64,000 nucleotides of DNA from a virus. Below, in pieces: positions 17,939-27,903 of the stretch. Numbering within the stretch: the stretch's first letter is position 1; the number at the start of each line of letters is the position of its first letter. Location of the stretch: positions 32,001 through 96,000 of IMG/VR virus record IMGVR_UViG_3300028608_000007; one strand, given 5' to 3'. The translations under genes and the position numbers were made by a program. A model generated the notes under the pieces. That model was given only the letters and a program-made list of their open reading frames with translations. It made no database searches and had not been told where the DNA came from.

Positions 17939-20194
17939 TTACAGCTTAACGCTGCGTACCAGTACAGCTTTCAGACCGAGGTAACCCGGCAGGACTTCTA
18001 CCACACGACCATAGCAGTCGATCAGGTAGTGACGGCTGAACTTCACCGACTGCTGCTTGCAACGCTCCAGGATCGCTACACAGGCTGCGTGCAGGTCAGG
18101 CTGGTTCGAAGCTTTGACGATCTGAGCTTGCTCGCCGTAGATCTCAGCAGACCACGGTACGTGGGTAACCGAGAACTTCTCGAAGCGCGCCAGGATCGTA
18201 TTCACCTTGGCCTTGTTTTCGCGAGTCATCTGGTCACCCAACTTGCTCAGGTAGTCCCAGTACTCATCGCCTTTCAGGATGTTGGTGATTGGCTTGATGA
18301 TGTCTTCAGCACGCTCTTGGTTCAGCAGGGTCCACAACAGACCCATTTGATCTTCGAGCAGAGCTTCGCCCAGGGATTCGATGTCAGCCACGAAGTTTTC
18401 GATTTCGAGGGTGTTACCGTAACCCAGGTTGACAGCCAGTGCTTCATTCACACGAGCAGTCAGAGCTTCGTTCAGCACGTTGTACAGACGAGCAGTGATC
18501 TGCTCACGCTCCATGTGATCAGCCAAGAACTTCGCTGCGCCCACGAGGGTTTGCTTCTTGGCCAATTCCAACATCACACCAATCATGGCACCATCAACCG
18601 ACACTGGCTGCATCTCACGGAAGTAGTACTCGCGCACTTTCCCGTCAAAGTTGTCAGCGCCCAGCTTGATGACTTCGTTCAGGCATTTGATCTCGGCTTC
18701 CCGGAAGGAGTGAGCCTCGATTTCCGTCGGAATGATCTTCACCTCAGGATTCTCCACAGGAGTTTCACTGTGATCCTCAGGATCAACAATGACTTGCGGT
18801 TTGTCCAGATCAGCCACTTCACGCCAGTTGGTAGGTACTACCTTCTTGGTTTCATCCAGTTGGTAAGGCTTACGCTGACGGATTTCGTGTTGCAGATACT
18901 CCATCTGTTCCATTTCTTTCTCCTCGATAACCTTAACGATTTCCTTCACAACGAAGGTGCCGTCGGCTTGAGGAGCACGAACGTGGAACTTCATGTGGGT
19001 GAGAGGGTTGAACGCTTCTGGCCATGGAACATCAACATTCCAGGTCAGGTCCCAGCCGCTGGAGTGAGCCGGACGGATCTCGCTACCGTTTTGCAGGCGT
19101 ACGTAGTCGTATGGACGATCCTCGTTGATCGAGTTCAGATCCACTTTACTTTGTAGGCTTGCATCACCGACAACTTGAGCCTGTACAGGTTCGACCAGCG
19201 GTTCAGGGGTGAGCGCCGCTTGTGCCCGTTGTTGTTCTACGCGTGCAGCGAATTCTTGCTGCTGCTTGTTCACGGGTGCTTGTTGCACGTTGGTAGTCCC
19301 GAAGTCATTGAACATTTCCTCAACAACACCGTTGGGGCTTCCCGTAGGCTGCACTGGCCCTTGAGAACTACGGCCACGAGAGGCCACAAAGGCGTTGGAG
19401 GCTGGAGCCGGGGTTTCCTGTTGCGCCTGCTGTGGAGCTGGATCAACTCCTTGCGGGCGCAGGGCCGTCCGTCCTTTATACCCGGAGTTGGGGTTTTCGT
19501 AGACTGAGTTAACCTGCGCGATGGTGCTTTGGGTATTGGCAAAACGACCCCAGTTGATGTTGGGGTTCCCTGCTGGTGCAGCACCGCCACCAGTGTAGGG
19601 CCAGCCACTACCTTGTCGCGCAGCTTGGAACGAGGATTGCTGTTGCTGGTTTCCAGGCCAGGCACTTGCTTGTGGTTGGTTGTTGTTGGGCCAGCTACCT
19701 TGGAAGGATTGCTGGGGTTGGGACAACTGCTGTACTGCTTGAGCCAACTGCTCTTGACGCATCAGCAGGCGCTGGATCTCGGCTTCGATACCGATCCCCA
19801 TCATCTGCTTAACCATCGGGTTTTGCTGCGCGATAGTCGCCGTGTAGCAAGTGACGATCTCATTCGCAGCATTCGCCACGATTTGCTCCTGCGACTGACC
19901 TTGGCTAGCGGGCAGTTTCGCCATAGCCTCAGCCAGTTGCGTGGTGCTGTTGAGCAGAGTCAGATACGTGTCGTTCTGCCAGGCGTTGTCCGACGCCATG
20001 TTGAACATGTAGCAACGCAGAGGGTTCTTCTGCGCATTGTCTTGCAGCAGTTTGATCACGTACCCGTTTACGATAGCAGGGAACTGATTCTGGAAAGGAA
20101 TCTGATACGGTGCGCCCTGTACGTAAAACGTAGGGTTTGGCTCATTAGCAGAGTACTGCTTGCCCATGTTGTTGGATTGGTTAAAGAACGACAT
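17939..20194 (-). CDS. Conserved core-block protein with Q/N/P/G-rich low-complexity region
   Basis: About 750 aa; start MSFFNQS with GGTGGAG SD; directly downstream of the nvRNAP subunit gene. Confidence 0.75.
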   Translation of the reverse strand: MSFFNQSNNMGKQYSANEPNPTFYVQGAPYQIPFQNQFPAIVNGYVIKLLQDNAQKNPLRCYMFNMASDNAWQNDTYLTLLNSTTQLAEAMAKLPASQGQSQEQIVANAANEIVTCYTATIAQQNPMVKQMMGIGIEAEIQRLLMRQEQLAQAVQQLSQPQQSFQGSWPNNNQPQASAWPGNQQQQSSFQAARQGSGWPYTGGGAAPAGNPNINWGRFANTQSTIAQVNSVYENPNSGYKGRTALRPQGVDPAPQQAQQETPAPASNAFVASRGRSSQGPVQPTGSPNGVVEEMFNDFGTTNVQQAPVNKQQQEFAARVEQQRAQAALTPEPLVEPVQAQVVGDASLQSKVDLNSINEDRPYDYVRLQNGSEIRPAHSSGWDLTWNVDVPWPEAFNPLTHMKFHVRAPQADGTFVVKEIVKVIEEKEMEQMEYLQHEIRQRKPYQLDETKKVVPTNWREVADLDKPQVIVDPEDHSETPVENPEVKIIPTEIEAHSFREAEIKCLNEVIKLGADNFDGKVREYYFREMQPVSVDGAMIGVMLELAKKQTLVGAAKFLADHMEREQITARLYNVLNEALTARVNEALAVNLGYGNTLEIENFVADIESLGEALLEDQMGLLWTLLNQERAEDIIKPITNILKGDEYWDYLSKLGDQMTRENKAKVNTILARFEKFSVTHVPWSAEIYGEQAQIVKASNQPDLHAACVAILERCKQQSVKFSRHYLIDCYGRVVEVLPGYLGLKAVLVRSVKL

Positions 20195-20209
20195 CTGGGT
20201 TAACTCCAC

Positions 20210-21871
20210 CTAAGCGTATTTTGTAAATTGGATTCGTCGTTGTACGTTGTCAATCAGTTCACGGAACTTCTCGTTCCTGACAACACGATAAGAATCATCG
20301 TATTGAACGTAAGGCGAAATGCGCGTACGCCCACTCGGGCTCGCCTTAGGTAGGTTGTTGTAACTTCCCACCTCTACAATCGACGAGTGCAACAATTTGG
20401 ACGCATCACCAGCAGAAGACTTCCCGCTGTTGCGACCGTTACCAGTAGCGCTGGTCTGTGGGACCAGGTTCGACGTGATCTTGAAGTACAGGTTATCCCC
20501 TGGGCTGGAGACGCCTGCAACCTCGCCGTGCTGCCGGTTGATCTTCATGATCGCATCTACAGTCAGGTTACGCCGTAGTGCACTGTTGATTTCCTCTTTT
20601 ACTTTTGGTTTCCGTACCGCCTTCTGCAAGGCGAATTTGAAGTGAGAGATAGCCTTGTTGATATCGAACAAAGCGTAACGCAATACCATCAACTCCTTGT
20701 CGTACATCGTGGACTCAACGTTGTCCGACTGGATGACCATCTCTGAAAGCGCTCCAATGATGAACGCGAACAGTTGGTATATGTCATTTGCGTGGATATT
20801 CTCACTGAGAAGGTCCAACCGCGATCGTTCGTCCAGGGACTCATCCAAAGACTCGATGTGGTTGTCAATCTCGTCTGCCAGTTTACCTTCACTTTGCCCT
20901 GGGCCGAAGATCAGGTGCCCCAGCAGAATACGCCAGAATCGGGTGCTCTCAATGAACTCAGGTTCTACACGCTGCGGGAAATGATCCGTAACGTAGAAGA
21001 ATCCGGCCACCAAACCGATGTTCTGGGTAGTCCAAGCCGTACGGCGAATTGCTAAGCGGATATTCGTGGGAATGTATCCGCTGCGACGAACACCCCGAAG
21101 GCTTCGTGGACAGAGCTGCTTGGAACCGCAGATCAGCCATTCTTCCTTCGGGTAGATGTCATAGTTGATCTCGTCGGGGTATCCAACGAAAACATCCGTG
21201 TTTGACATCATCTTAAACGCCTGGCTAACCCCATACTTGCTAAAGAGGTAATGCGCCATCGTGTGTTTCGCTGTGATGCGATTTCTGTTTCCGGTTCCCT
21301 GCGCAGGGTTACGATTATAGACCGTGGCCCATGCCACGTTCGCCGTTTCGTTCCAACTCGTCTCTAAGCCACCTTCTTCGATGTCATAGATACGGAACGT
21401 GTGATCCAACCGCTCGAAGGTAAGTTTCGTTACCTGGAGTGGAATAAAGATCGTGTTAACACCGTAGCTGATTGCACGGTCGGCCAGTACAGGACTGATC
21501 GAGAACGTACTGCCACGGATTGTGATCAAGCCAGCCTGAGTCATGTATGGCAAGTACATGTGCGGTTCGTACATAGGTTCCCCATTGTACGTGAACCGAT
21601 ACTTCATCAAGAACAGATTGTTCCGCGCGATGTCAAACACCGGCTTCCCGCTCCGCTTCGGCGTAACCACGTTGTACTCTTCCTGAGGTGTACAGCGTGT
21701 GCATCCCTCATAACGCAACCCTGGTGGGAAGCTTTTAGAGATGCTCCTGAACAACCCATCCACATGACGCTCAACAACACGCATCTGCTCTACGGCTAGG
21801 CCTCTCATGACCTTTTCATTCATGCGCGGAATGGCCTTCTCATGAATCCGGCCAAATAGGAGGTTATCCAT
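20210..21871 (-). CDS. Non-virion RNA polymerase beta-subunit fragment (phiKZ gp123-like)
   Basis: C-terminal LHSSIVEVGS...PKASPSGRTRISPY resembling the rpoB H.S.YG...P/fork region; position two genes downstream of MCP. Confidence 0.75.
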   Translation of the reverse strand: MDNLLFGRIHEKAIPRMNEKVMRGLAVEQMRVVERHVDGLFRSISKSFPPGLRYEGCTRCTPQEEYNVVTPKRSGKPVFDIARNNLFLMKYRFTYNGEPMYEPHMYLPYMTQAGLITIRGSTFSISPVLADRAISYGVNTIFIPLQVTKLTFERLDHTFRIYDIEEGGLETSWNETANVAWATVYNRNPAQGTGNRNRITAKHTMAHYLFSKYGVSQAFKMMSNTDVFVGYPDEINYDIYPKEEWLICGSKQLCPRSLRGVRRSGYIPTNIRLAIRRTAWTTQNIGLVAGFFYVTDHFPQRVEPEFIESTRFWRILLGHLIFGPGQSEGKLADEIDNHIESLDESLDERSRLDLLSENIHANDIYQLFAFIIGALSEMVIQSDNVESTMYDKELMVLRYALFDINKAISHFKFALQKAVRKPKVKEEINSALRRNLTVDAIMKINRQHGEVAGVSSPGDNLYFKITSNLVPQTSATGNGRNSGKSSAGDASKLLHSSIVEVGSYNNLPKASPSGRTRISPYVQYDDSYRVVRNEKFRELIDNVQRRIQFTKYA

Positions 21872-21899
21872 TGTTGCTAATGCCCCATTCTTCTAACAA

Positions 21900-23072
21900 C
21901 TACTTGAATGCTAGAAAGATAGCCGCAAGTCCAGTTGCAATGGCGGGAACCCACTTGAGAAACTCCGAAGAGTCTTTTCTCGCATAACTGCGTTCTTCGT
22001 AGTGGTCTTTGCGCTCGAGAGACGAAATTGCTCGCAAGTGCTCTACTCGAGTCTGTTCCTCTTTTAGCCTGGCGCTAGCCTCGTTGATACGAGCTTCCTC
22101 CAGCTTCCACCTGTGCTCCTGCGCTTTACGGTCACTTTCCTCCGCGACGCGCCTTTCCTCGATGTTGCGTTTCCATTCCTCATGCTCTTGATCGCGTTGT
22201 AGACGCTCCATGCGAAGTCGATGCTCCGTCTCCTTCAACTCATGGGCATACTGATCAAGCTCACGTTTCCTCTCAGCAGCAATGTCTCCCATTACCATTG
22301 CTTCTTCGTAGGACTTAAACATTCCCAAGAATTCCTCAGCTTCTGGGAAGGCGAAGAAATCTGACCTAGGTGCACCGACTCCCCCTTGTTCGGAAACAGG
22401 CGCTGTGGATGCTCGATAGACTCCAGACTTTCGACCGGGGTCTTTCGTGGGCTGCACTAGGAAGATCTCTTTGTTGATGTTAATGAAACGAGGTCCGAAG
22501 ATGTCTTCATTGTCGACAATCTGTAGGAAGTACCCCACCGCTCCCACGGTGTTGATCGTTTCGTTTTCAGCTACGAGGCGGTTGCGAATTCCTTCCATAC
22601 TGAAAGGATGATGCGGGACATAACCCCCTTGCATCGTGGAAACCACGACGTCAAGGTTTACAAGGTATAATGATCCTCCAGATGCGGCTACATCAGCCTC
22701 ATCAACACCGTAGTCCACTTGGGCATGACACTGTCCCATTCGCTGTCGCACACTTCCCTGAAGGACGGCATCTCTCAACGCACGCATTCCATCAGAGGTA
22801 GCATTTGATAAGCGGTCTACGTCGATTTTTACACCGGAACGATACTTGATCGTGTATCGCACGATGAATTTGTTAAGAGCCTTGACATTCATAGGTTGAA
22901 TAGTCAGGGGCATACCAGAACGGTCAACTAATGTAACGGGAACTCTAAACCCGTTATAAAACTCCTTCTCTATGGAAAGTTGTGCACCGGGACCTAATTC
23001 AAGTGCACCAGGCACTTCGGTCAGGGTTGCTTCTCGGTTTATCAGTTGGTTGTTGTGGATATATTGGCTCAT
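21900..23072 (-). CDS. Conserved hypothetical protein, C-terminal coiled coil + hydrophobic tail
   Basis: E/R-rich heptads then FLKWVPAIATGLAAIFLAFK; early-type promoter upstream. Confidence 0.75.
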   Translation of the reverse strand: MSQYIHNNQLINREATLTEVPGALELGPGAQLSIEKEFYNGFRVPVTLVDRSGMPLTIQPMNVKALNKFIVRYTIKYRSGVKIDVDRLSNATSDGMRALRDAVLQGSVRQRMGQCHAQVDYGVDEADVAASGGSLYLVNLDVVVSTMQGGYVPHHPFSMEGIRNRLVAENETINTVGAVGYFLQIVDNEDIFGPRFININKEIFLVQPTKDPGRKSGVYRASTAPVSEQGGVGAPRSDFFAFPEAEEFLGMFKSYEEAMVMGDIAAERKRELDQYAHELKETEHRLRMERLQRDQEHEEWKRNIEERRVAEESDRKAQEHRWKLEEARINEASARLKEEQTRVEHLRAISSLERKDHYEERSYARKDSSEFLKWVPAIATGLAAIFLAFK

Positions 23073-23148
23073 AGGTTCACACTGACAATAGGGAAGATCT
23101 ATTTTGTCTTTTGGTAGAACGTGCGATTCCTCTGTGGTTGGTCACTTT

Positions 23149-23177
23149 GATAATATACACTTCAAATAGGTTTCAAT
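23149..23177 (-). promoter_or_regulatory. Early (virion RNAP-type) promoter
   Basis: Minus strand ATTGAAA-N13-TATATTATC. Confidence 0.7.
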
Positions 23178-23182
23178 AAAGG

Positions 23183-23340
23183 CGGCATAAAAAGAAGGAA
23201 TTCCTCCTGAGCCCGAAAGCTCAGGAGGGTTCCTTTGAGTCCCCACTTAAAGGACACTCCAAAGGAGCCGAAGCTCCTAAGGAGGTGTAACCAACCGTAG
23301 ACCAGGAAGTCTAGTGGTTGTGACCAGTTCAGCCAACGGT
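23183..23340 (-). terminator. Tandem hairpins/terminator downstream of MCP
   Basis: Hairpins GGAGC-TTCG-GCTCC and CCTCCTGAGC-TTTCGG-GCTCAGGAGG followed by TTTTTATGCCG. Confidence 0.8.
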
Positions 23341-23343
23341 CGC

Positions 23344-25527
23344 TTACGGTTGCTCTTGAGTGGCAACAACGATTTTGTTGGTGAGAACTTTGTCCAACCC
23401 CTTCACTTTGATCACTGCCATGGCTGGCAGGTGGTTGATGTGGAGGTTACGCGGTTGCACCATGGCTTCTGGGTAGGTGCCGCCGTCACGCTGAACCATC
23501 ATGCTGGAAGCCAGCTCAGGAATCCACGCGTGCACACCGAAGGTGAGCGGGTCGATGCCTTCGGATTGACCCATGCGGGTCAGACCGATGATGATGGTGT
23601 CCTTCATACGGAAGTCGAAGGAGGACTCGATTTGGTACTCTGGGAACGCGATACCGAAGGTGCGGCTGTCGCCGACAACCATCAGGTGACGTTGCAGAAC
23701 CACGTCGGTACCGATCAGCAGCTTCGGCTGTTGCGAGCCAGTTACGGCAGCGTTCAGCGCAGGCTGGTAGCCGGTGTCGCGGTACATGCGGTAGGACACG
23801 TCACGAATGGCGTTAACCAGGATGGCGTTGATGTCCTGGGCACGGTCCATGTCACGGATGGAGTTGATCTCTTGCTCCAGATCGATTTCCTTCTCTTCGA
23901 AGAAAGGTTTGATCAGGAAGCGACCAACACCTTCCACTTCAGGGATGGTGTCCTGGCGTTTCACGGCCTTGGCGTACGACTTCAGGGTTTCTGCGTAGTT
24001 CAACAGGCGGGTAACCGCGTTGTTGGTGTTACGCACGCGCACGGCGTTGATCAGCATTTCCAGGTCGCGAGCGTCGCGGTTCGAACCGGCCGGGGAAGGC
24101 GCGGAGATCGGAGCACCCAGCGGGATGTGGAAACGGAAGGTGCGATCGTTGGTATCCAGCAGCAGACCACGAGTACGACGGTTGCTGTTGGTACGAGCGG
24201 CCTTCAGATCGTAAGCAACGACCTTGGCGTCTTTCAGGGACAGCACGATTGGAGCACCAGCGCCGGAGACCAGGCTGATTTCTTTGCCGTCAGCATCGAT
24301 GATGCTGTCAACGGTTACAGGCGAGCTGTAAACGCGACCGTTGCCGAGCTGGGTGTCGAAGTCGCCGTTCAGGTTCACAGCCAGGCGTACGGTGACGTTG
24401 GCAGTGGTGATGGCGGCCAGCAGGGTCGGAGCAACACCAGCGGTGGTGAGAGTGTCTTTGTCCAGGACCAGGTCAGCGGTCTTGAAGTTCAGGTTCATCT
24501 CACGGTTGGCGCCTTCAACCGACTTCACGAAGTGGCTGCGGGCCAGACGGCTGGTCACGTACTTCACAGCTTCGCCGTCGGCGAGCTGGATGTAGATGTT
24601 TTCCAGACCGATCGAGTTGTCGATCGCGTCGGTGTGGTCGATGATGCCAGCGCCGATCAGACCTGGGTGCTGCGACAGGCCCAGCAGGTTCAGCTCGACG
24701 TTGATGGCCAGAGGCGCGGTCGGTACGTCGATGTTCGAGATGCGGCGAACGGTCGGAGCGACCAGTGCGGCGTCGATGAACTTGTCAGCGTTGCCGCCGT
24801 TGGCGAGAACGACTGGGATCAGGCTGGTGGATTCGTCGGCCAGGATTTTGTGGTCCATGGCAGCTTCGACCAGGTTCTTACGGTTCCAGTCAGTCACCTT
24901 ACCGGTGTTGCTGTGCTGGATGGCGTTGTGAACCAGGGTACGGCGAACGGTGATGTCCAGGCCACCTTGCTCCGGCGGTACGACAGTAGTCGGGTACCAC
25001 ATTTCGGAGAAGCTGTCTTGAACAGCCGCTTTCACGTTGAAGACGATGGAGTAAGGCAGGAACTTGGCCAGCTCACGTTCGTCGAACGATTCCAGGGAAG
25101 GAGTGTCACGGGTGTCAACGACACCAGCAGCACCGCTCGAACCGATGTCAACAACGTTGTCACCGGAAGCCTGGGAACGCATGGCGACTTCGGCGTATTC
25201 GGCCGGGTTACCAGCAGCCATTGCGGCGATCGCACCGGCTTGCAGTTGGGTGTCGGTCAGGTCTTCTTCGCCGTCGTCTTCGCCTTCACCGTCTTCCAGG
25301 GAAGGGCGCAGGGCTGCGAAAGCGTCTTTGATCTCACGACCGATGTCCTTGGCGCGGCGGTCCAGTTCAGCGAACTGGCCTTCGTCCAGGGACTCCATGG
25401 AGATCAGTTGACCGGTGATGTCCTTGGAAGCAATGTCCGTGCCTTGGGTAGCGATGGTCTGACGCAGGGCAGACAGGACGTTGTTCAGAGGCGAACCAGC
25501 AGAGCCTTTGAATTTCAGAAATGACAT
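23344..25527 (-). CDS. Major capsid protein (phiKZ gp120-like)
   Basis: 727 aa; extreme high-expression codon bias; propeptide with ISMES/PSLED/PSLES protease sites; YSIVFNVKAAVQD.F.E.WYPT and QPRNLHINHLP blocks. Confidence 0.9.
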   Translation of the reverse strand: MSFLKFKGSAGSPLNNVLSALRQTIATQGTDIASKDITGQLISMESLDEGQFAELDRRAKDIGREIKDAFAALRPSLEDGEGEDDGEEDLTDTQLQAGAIAAMAAGNPAEYAEVAMRSQASGDNVVDIGSSGAAGVVDTRDTPSLESFDERELAKFLPYSIVFNVKAAVQDSFSEMWYPTTVVPPEQGGLDITVRRTLVHNAIQHSNTGKVTDWNRKNLVEAAMDHKILADESTSLIPVVLANGGNADKFIDAALVAPTVRRISNIDVPTAPLAINVELNLLGLSQHPGLIGAGIIDHTDAIDNSIGLENIYIQLADGEAVKYVTSRLARSHFVKSVEGANREMNLNFKTADLVLDKDTLTTAGVAPTLLAAITTANVTVRLAVNLNGDFDTQLGNGRVYSSPVTVDSIIDADGKEISLVSGAGAPIVLSLKDAKVVAYDLKAARTNSNRRTRGLLLDTNDRTFRFHIPLGAPISAPSPAGSNRDARDLEMLINAVRVRNTNNAVTRLLNYAETLKSYAKAVKRQDTIPEVEGVGRFLIKPFFEEKEIDLEQEINSIRDMDRAQDINAILVNAIRDVSYRMYRDTGYQPALNAAVTGSQQPKLLIGTDVVLQRHLMVVGDSRTFGIAFPEYQIESSFDFRMKDTIIIGLTRMGQSEGIDPLTFGVHAWIPELASSMMVQRDGGTYPEAMVQPRNLHINHLPAMAVIKVKGLDKVLTNKIVVATQEQP

Positions 25528-25696
25528 ATCGATGTGTCCTTTTTACTTTCACGAAAGTACAAGTGGGGTGGAATCGGCACGCTGCCTTACCAGTTGCGAC
25601 TAAACAACGGTATCGGTTATAGCTGCTATATAATTAAACATTTACAGCAAACCGAGTTGCAGAGTCATTGAAACATAAAATACGTATTTACGTACT

Positions 25697-26239
25697 TCAA
25701 GGTTTACCGAGAGAATTTAAGTACTCCCGGAAGAAGTCGGAACGGGCGACGTTAGCCAACCCAGTAGCGATAACCCAACGGGTCATCAGCTCGTCCAAGA
25801 AGGTCTCTCCGTTGACATAGGGAGATTCGCCCATCTGTCCTAAGATAGGTGTAACAATTAACGTATCAGATTCGACTGACTTAACGGTGAGTGTGTACTC
25901 ATCGTTGGTTGTATCGTCACGACCCAGCCAGGCTTCATCAGCATTGTAGCCTTGAGCAGCCTTGGCGCGCATGTAGTCAACGATCTGACTGATCTTGCGA
26001 TACCTATCTTCTGAACCCTTCGGAGGGTCACACAGAAGTAAGGTGCAGGTCGACGGGAAGGTCTCTGCAAAGGCACGAGTGAACAGTGCTTCACGCTTCT
26101 CGTTGAGCAGGACATATTTGGCTACATCCTCAGGGGATAGTATAGCCTGCAACTGGTGGAAGTCGTTGACCGTTGCCAGATCGACTTTAGCGTATTCCAG
26201 GGCTTTCATAAGCCACAGGGGTACCAAGACTACTCTCAT
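25697..26239 (-). CDS. Conserved virion protein upstream of MCP (phiKZ gp119-like)
   Basis: Synteny between DnaB and MCP; 180 aa. Confidence 0.6.
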   Translation of the reverse strand: MRVVLVPLWLMKALEYAKVDLATVNDFHQLQAILSPEDVAKYVLLNEKREALFTRAFAETFPSTCTLLLCDPPKGSEDRYRKISQIVDYMRAKAAQGYNADEAWLGRDDTTNDEYTLTVKSVESDTLIVTPILGQMGESPYVNGETFLDELMTRWVIATGLANVARSDFFREYLNSLGKP

Positions 26240-26269
26240 TTATACAGACTCCGCGTTAGGAAAACCGTG

Positions 26270-27820
26270 ATGGATGAAAAACTGCTATTGATACAGGTGA
26301 TCACTCTCCTGTATCGAGAAAGCCAACTGGAGACTCGGAACTCAAACTCGAGCGAGTTGGCTGCCTCTGTTGTGGCCACTGTCCGTATCCCAGAAACGGC
26401 AATGGAGGCCGACCGCGGACGTGAATCGCTCAAGGCTCTGAGAAACACCGCATTGGCGATGATCTCTAATCCTCCGAGCCAGGATTATGACAGGACTATC
26501 CTGCTTCAAAAGATACGTGTAAACGTTGGGGACGAGGACGAGCTGTATCAAGCGTTCGAAGCTGCAACTCACCCCATCGAAAACGAAATCTGGTTGAAGA
26601 AGGCGATCCTCGAGTATCGTGCTGAACTGAACGCGTACATGAACCGCGCACAGATCACCGAGATCTTGAAGCAAGCGTATTCAGCGTCCACCTTTAATCC
26701 CCACAGTGTTGACTGGAAGAATTTCGTCCACGACATTATGGGTAACCTTGAACCGCTGGCTCAAATGCAGACAGTGGAACAGAACCCTGCGATTGTAGGC
26801 TCTGTAGACCTCGATGACGACGAAGCTGTGATGGCCCTGATGAACCAGGCGCAGGAAGAGCTTTCGACCAATGGCGTGCTTCGTACGGGCTGGCAGGGCG
26901 TTAACCGGATGTGTGGTGACCAGGACGGCTTCCGTCGTGGTGAGTTCATCCTGCTGGGTGCGCTGCAACACAACTTTAAAACTGGTTTTACGCTGAACCT
27001 GTTTAAACAGTTCGGCTTGTACAACCGACCGTACATGCGTGACCCGTCGAAGAAACCACTGCTCCTGCACATTTCCGCAGAGAACAACCTCATCGACAAC
27101 GTCATGCAACTCTACGTCTCTATTAAGGAGAACGAAACAGGCGAAGCAGTGTCGATCCGTGGCGTGGATCAGAAAGAGGCTGCTGCGTACGTTAAGAGCC
27201 GCATGATGGGTAACGGCTACCACATCCGCATGTTGCGAGTGGACCCGTCTCTATTCAGCTACCGCGACCTGTTCGACTTGATCACCAAGTACGAGTCGGA
27301 AGGTTTCGAAGTTCACTGCTGTGTGTTCGACTACCTGAACATGATCTCGAAGAAGGGCTGCCAACAAGGTCCTCACGGCTTCGAGACACGCGACCTCGTA
27401 CGTCGTGTGCGTAACTTCACTGCACCCCGTGGCATTACCTTCATTACTCCCCATCAGCTCTCTACGCAAGCCAAAGAGCTGGTACGGCAACAGATCGAGA
27501 ACTTCGTTCAAGAGATTGCCAACAAAGGCTACTACGACTCCTGCCGAACGGTCGACCAAGAGGTTGACATGGAGATCACGATTCACATCGAGAAATTCAA
27601 CGGCGAGAGCTACCTCACTATCCAACGCGGTAAACACCGTAAGGTTACGATCACCCCTGAGAAAGATCTGTACTGCGTTCTGAAGTTCGAGAAGATTGGT
27701 AACATCCCTGACGACTACGGTAAAGCAGACCGCACCCTTAAGAAAGTGGGCGGGCGACCAGAGTCGGATGGTGGCAACGCAAACGTCTGGTGGGATTCGC
27801 ACGAGAAGATGGCTGCATAG
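26270..27820 (+). CDS. dnaB: DnaB-like replicative helicase (phiKZ gp118-like)
   Basis: LRTGWQGVN...GF.RGEF, Walker A variant GALQHNFKTG, Walker B VFDYL, TPHQLS, LTIQRGKHR; start MDEKLL at 26270. Confidence 0.9.
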   Translation: MDEKLLLIQVITLLYRESQLETRNSNSSELAASVVATVRIPETAMEADRGRESLKALRNTALAMISNPPSQDYDRTILLQKIRVNVGDEDELYQAFEAATHPIENEIWLKKAILEYRAELNAYMNRAQITEILKQAYSASTFNPHSVDWKNFVHDIMGNLEPLAQMQTVEQNPAIVGSVDLDDDEAVMALMNQAQEELSTNGVLRTGWQGVNRMCGDQDGFRRGEFILLGALQHNFKTGFTLNLFKQFGLYNRPYMRDPSKKPLLLHISAENNLIDNVMQLYVSIKENETGEAVSIRGVDQKEAAAYVKSRMMGNGYHIRMLRVDPSLFSYRDLFDLITKYESEGFEVHCCVFDYLNMISKKGCQQGPHGFETRDLVRRVRNFTAPRGITFITPHQLSTQAKELVRQQIENFVQEIANKGYYDSCRTVDQEVDMEITIHIEKFNGESYLTIQRGKHRKVTITPEKDLYCVLKFEKIGNIPDDYGKADRTLKKVGGRPESDGGNANVWWDSHEKMAA

Positions 27821-27859
27821 GCCAAAACAAGCAAAAAAAAAAGAGTCTAACGCGGACTC

Positions 27860-27903
27860 AGAGTGAGAGAGCCGAAGCTCTCTCACTCACCCTTATTATG
27901 CCC
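27860..27903. terminator. Terminator between convergent genes
   Basis: gagtgagagagc-cgaa-gctctctcactc then ccttattatgcccc. Confidence 0.85.

Noticed and set aside
23314-25524. 736-aa plus-strand ORF antisense to MCP (likewise 41566..43272, 60187..61827, 15177..16571, 54666..55979, 36943..38340)
   Set aside because: Antisense shadows in register with highly biased genes; no SD, no motifs, V/G/D/H-rich artefact composition.
25681-25694. tacgtatttacgta near-palindrome upstream of MCP as an operator
   Set aside because: Single AT-rich instance, not repeated elsewhere; cannot be supported.
26156-26269. Extended N-termini from the ORF track (dnaB, ligA, DHH, endolysin, lipoprotein and others)
   Set aside because: They overlap neighbouring genes or terminators; downstream ATGs have proper SD spacing.
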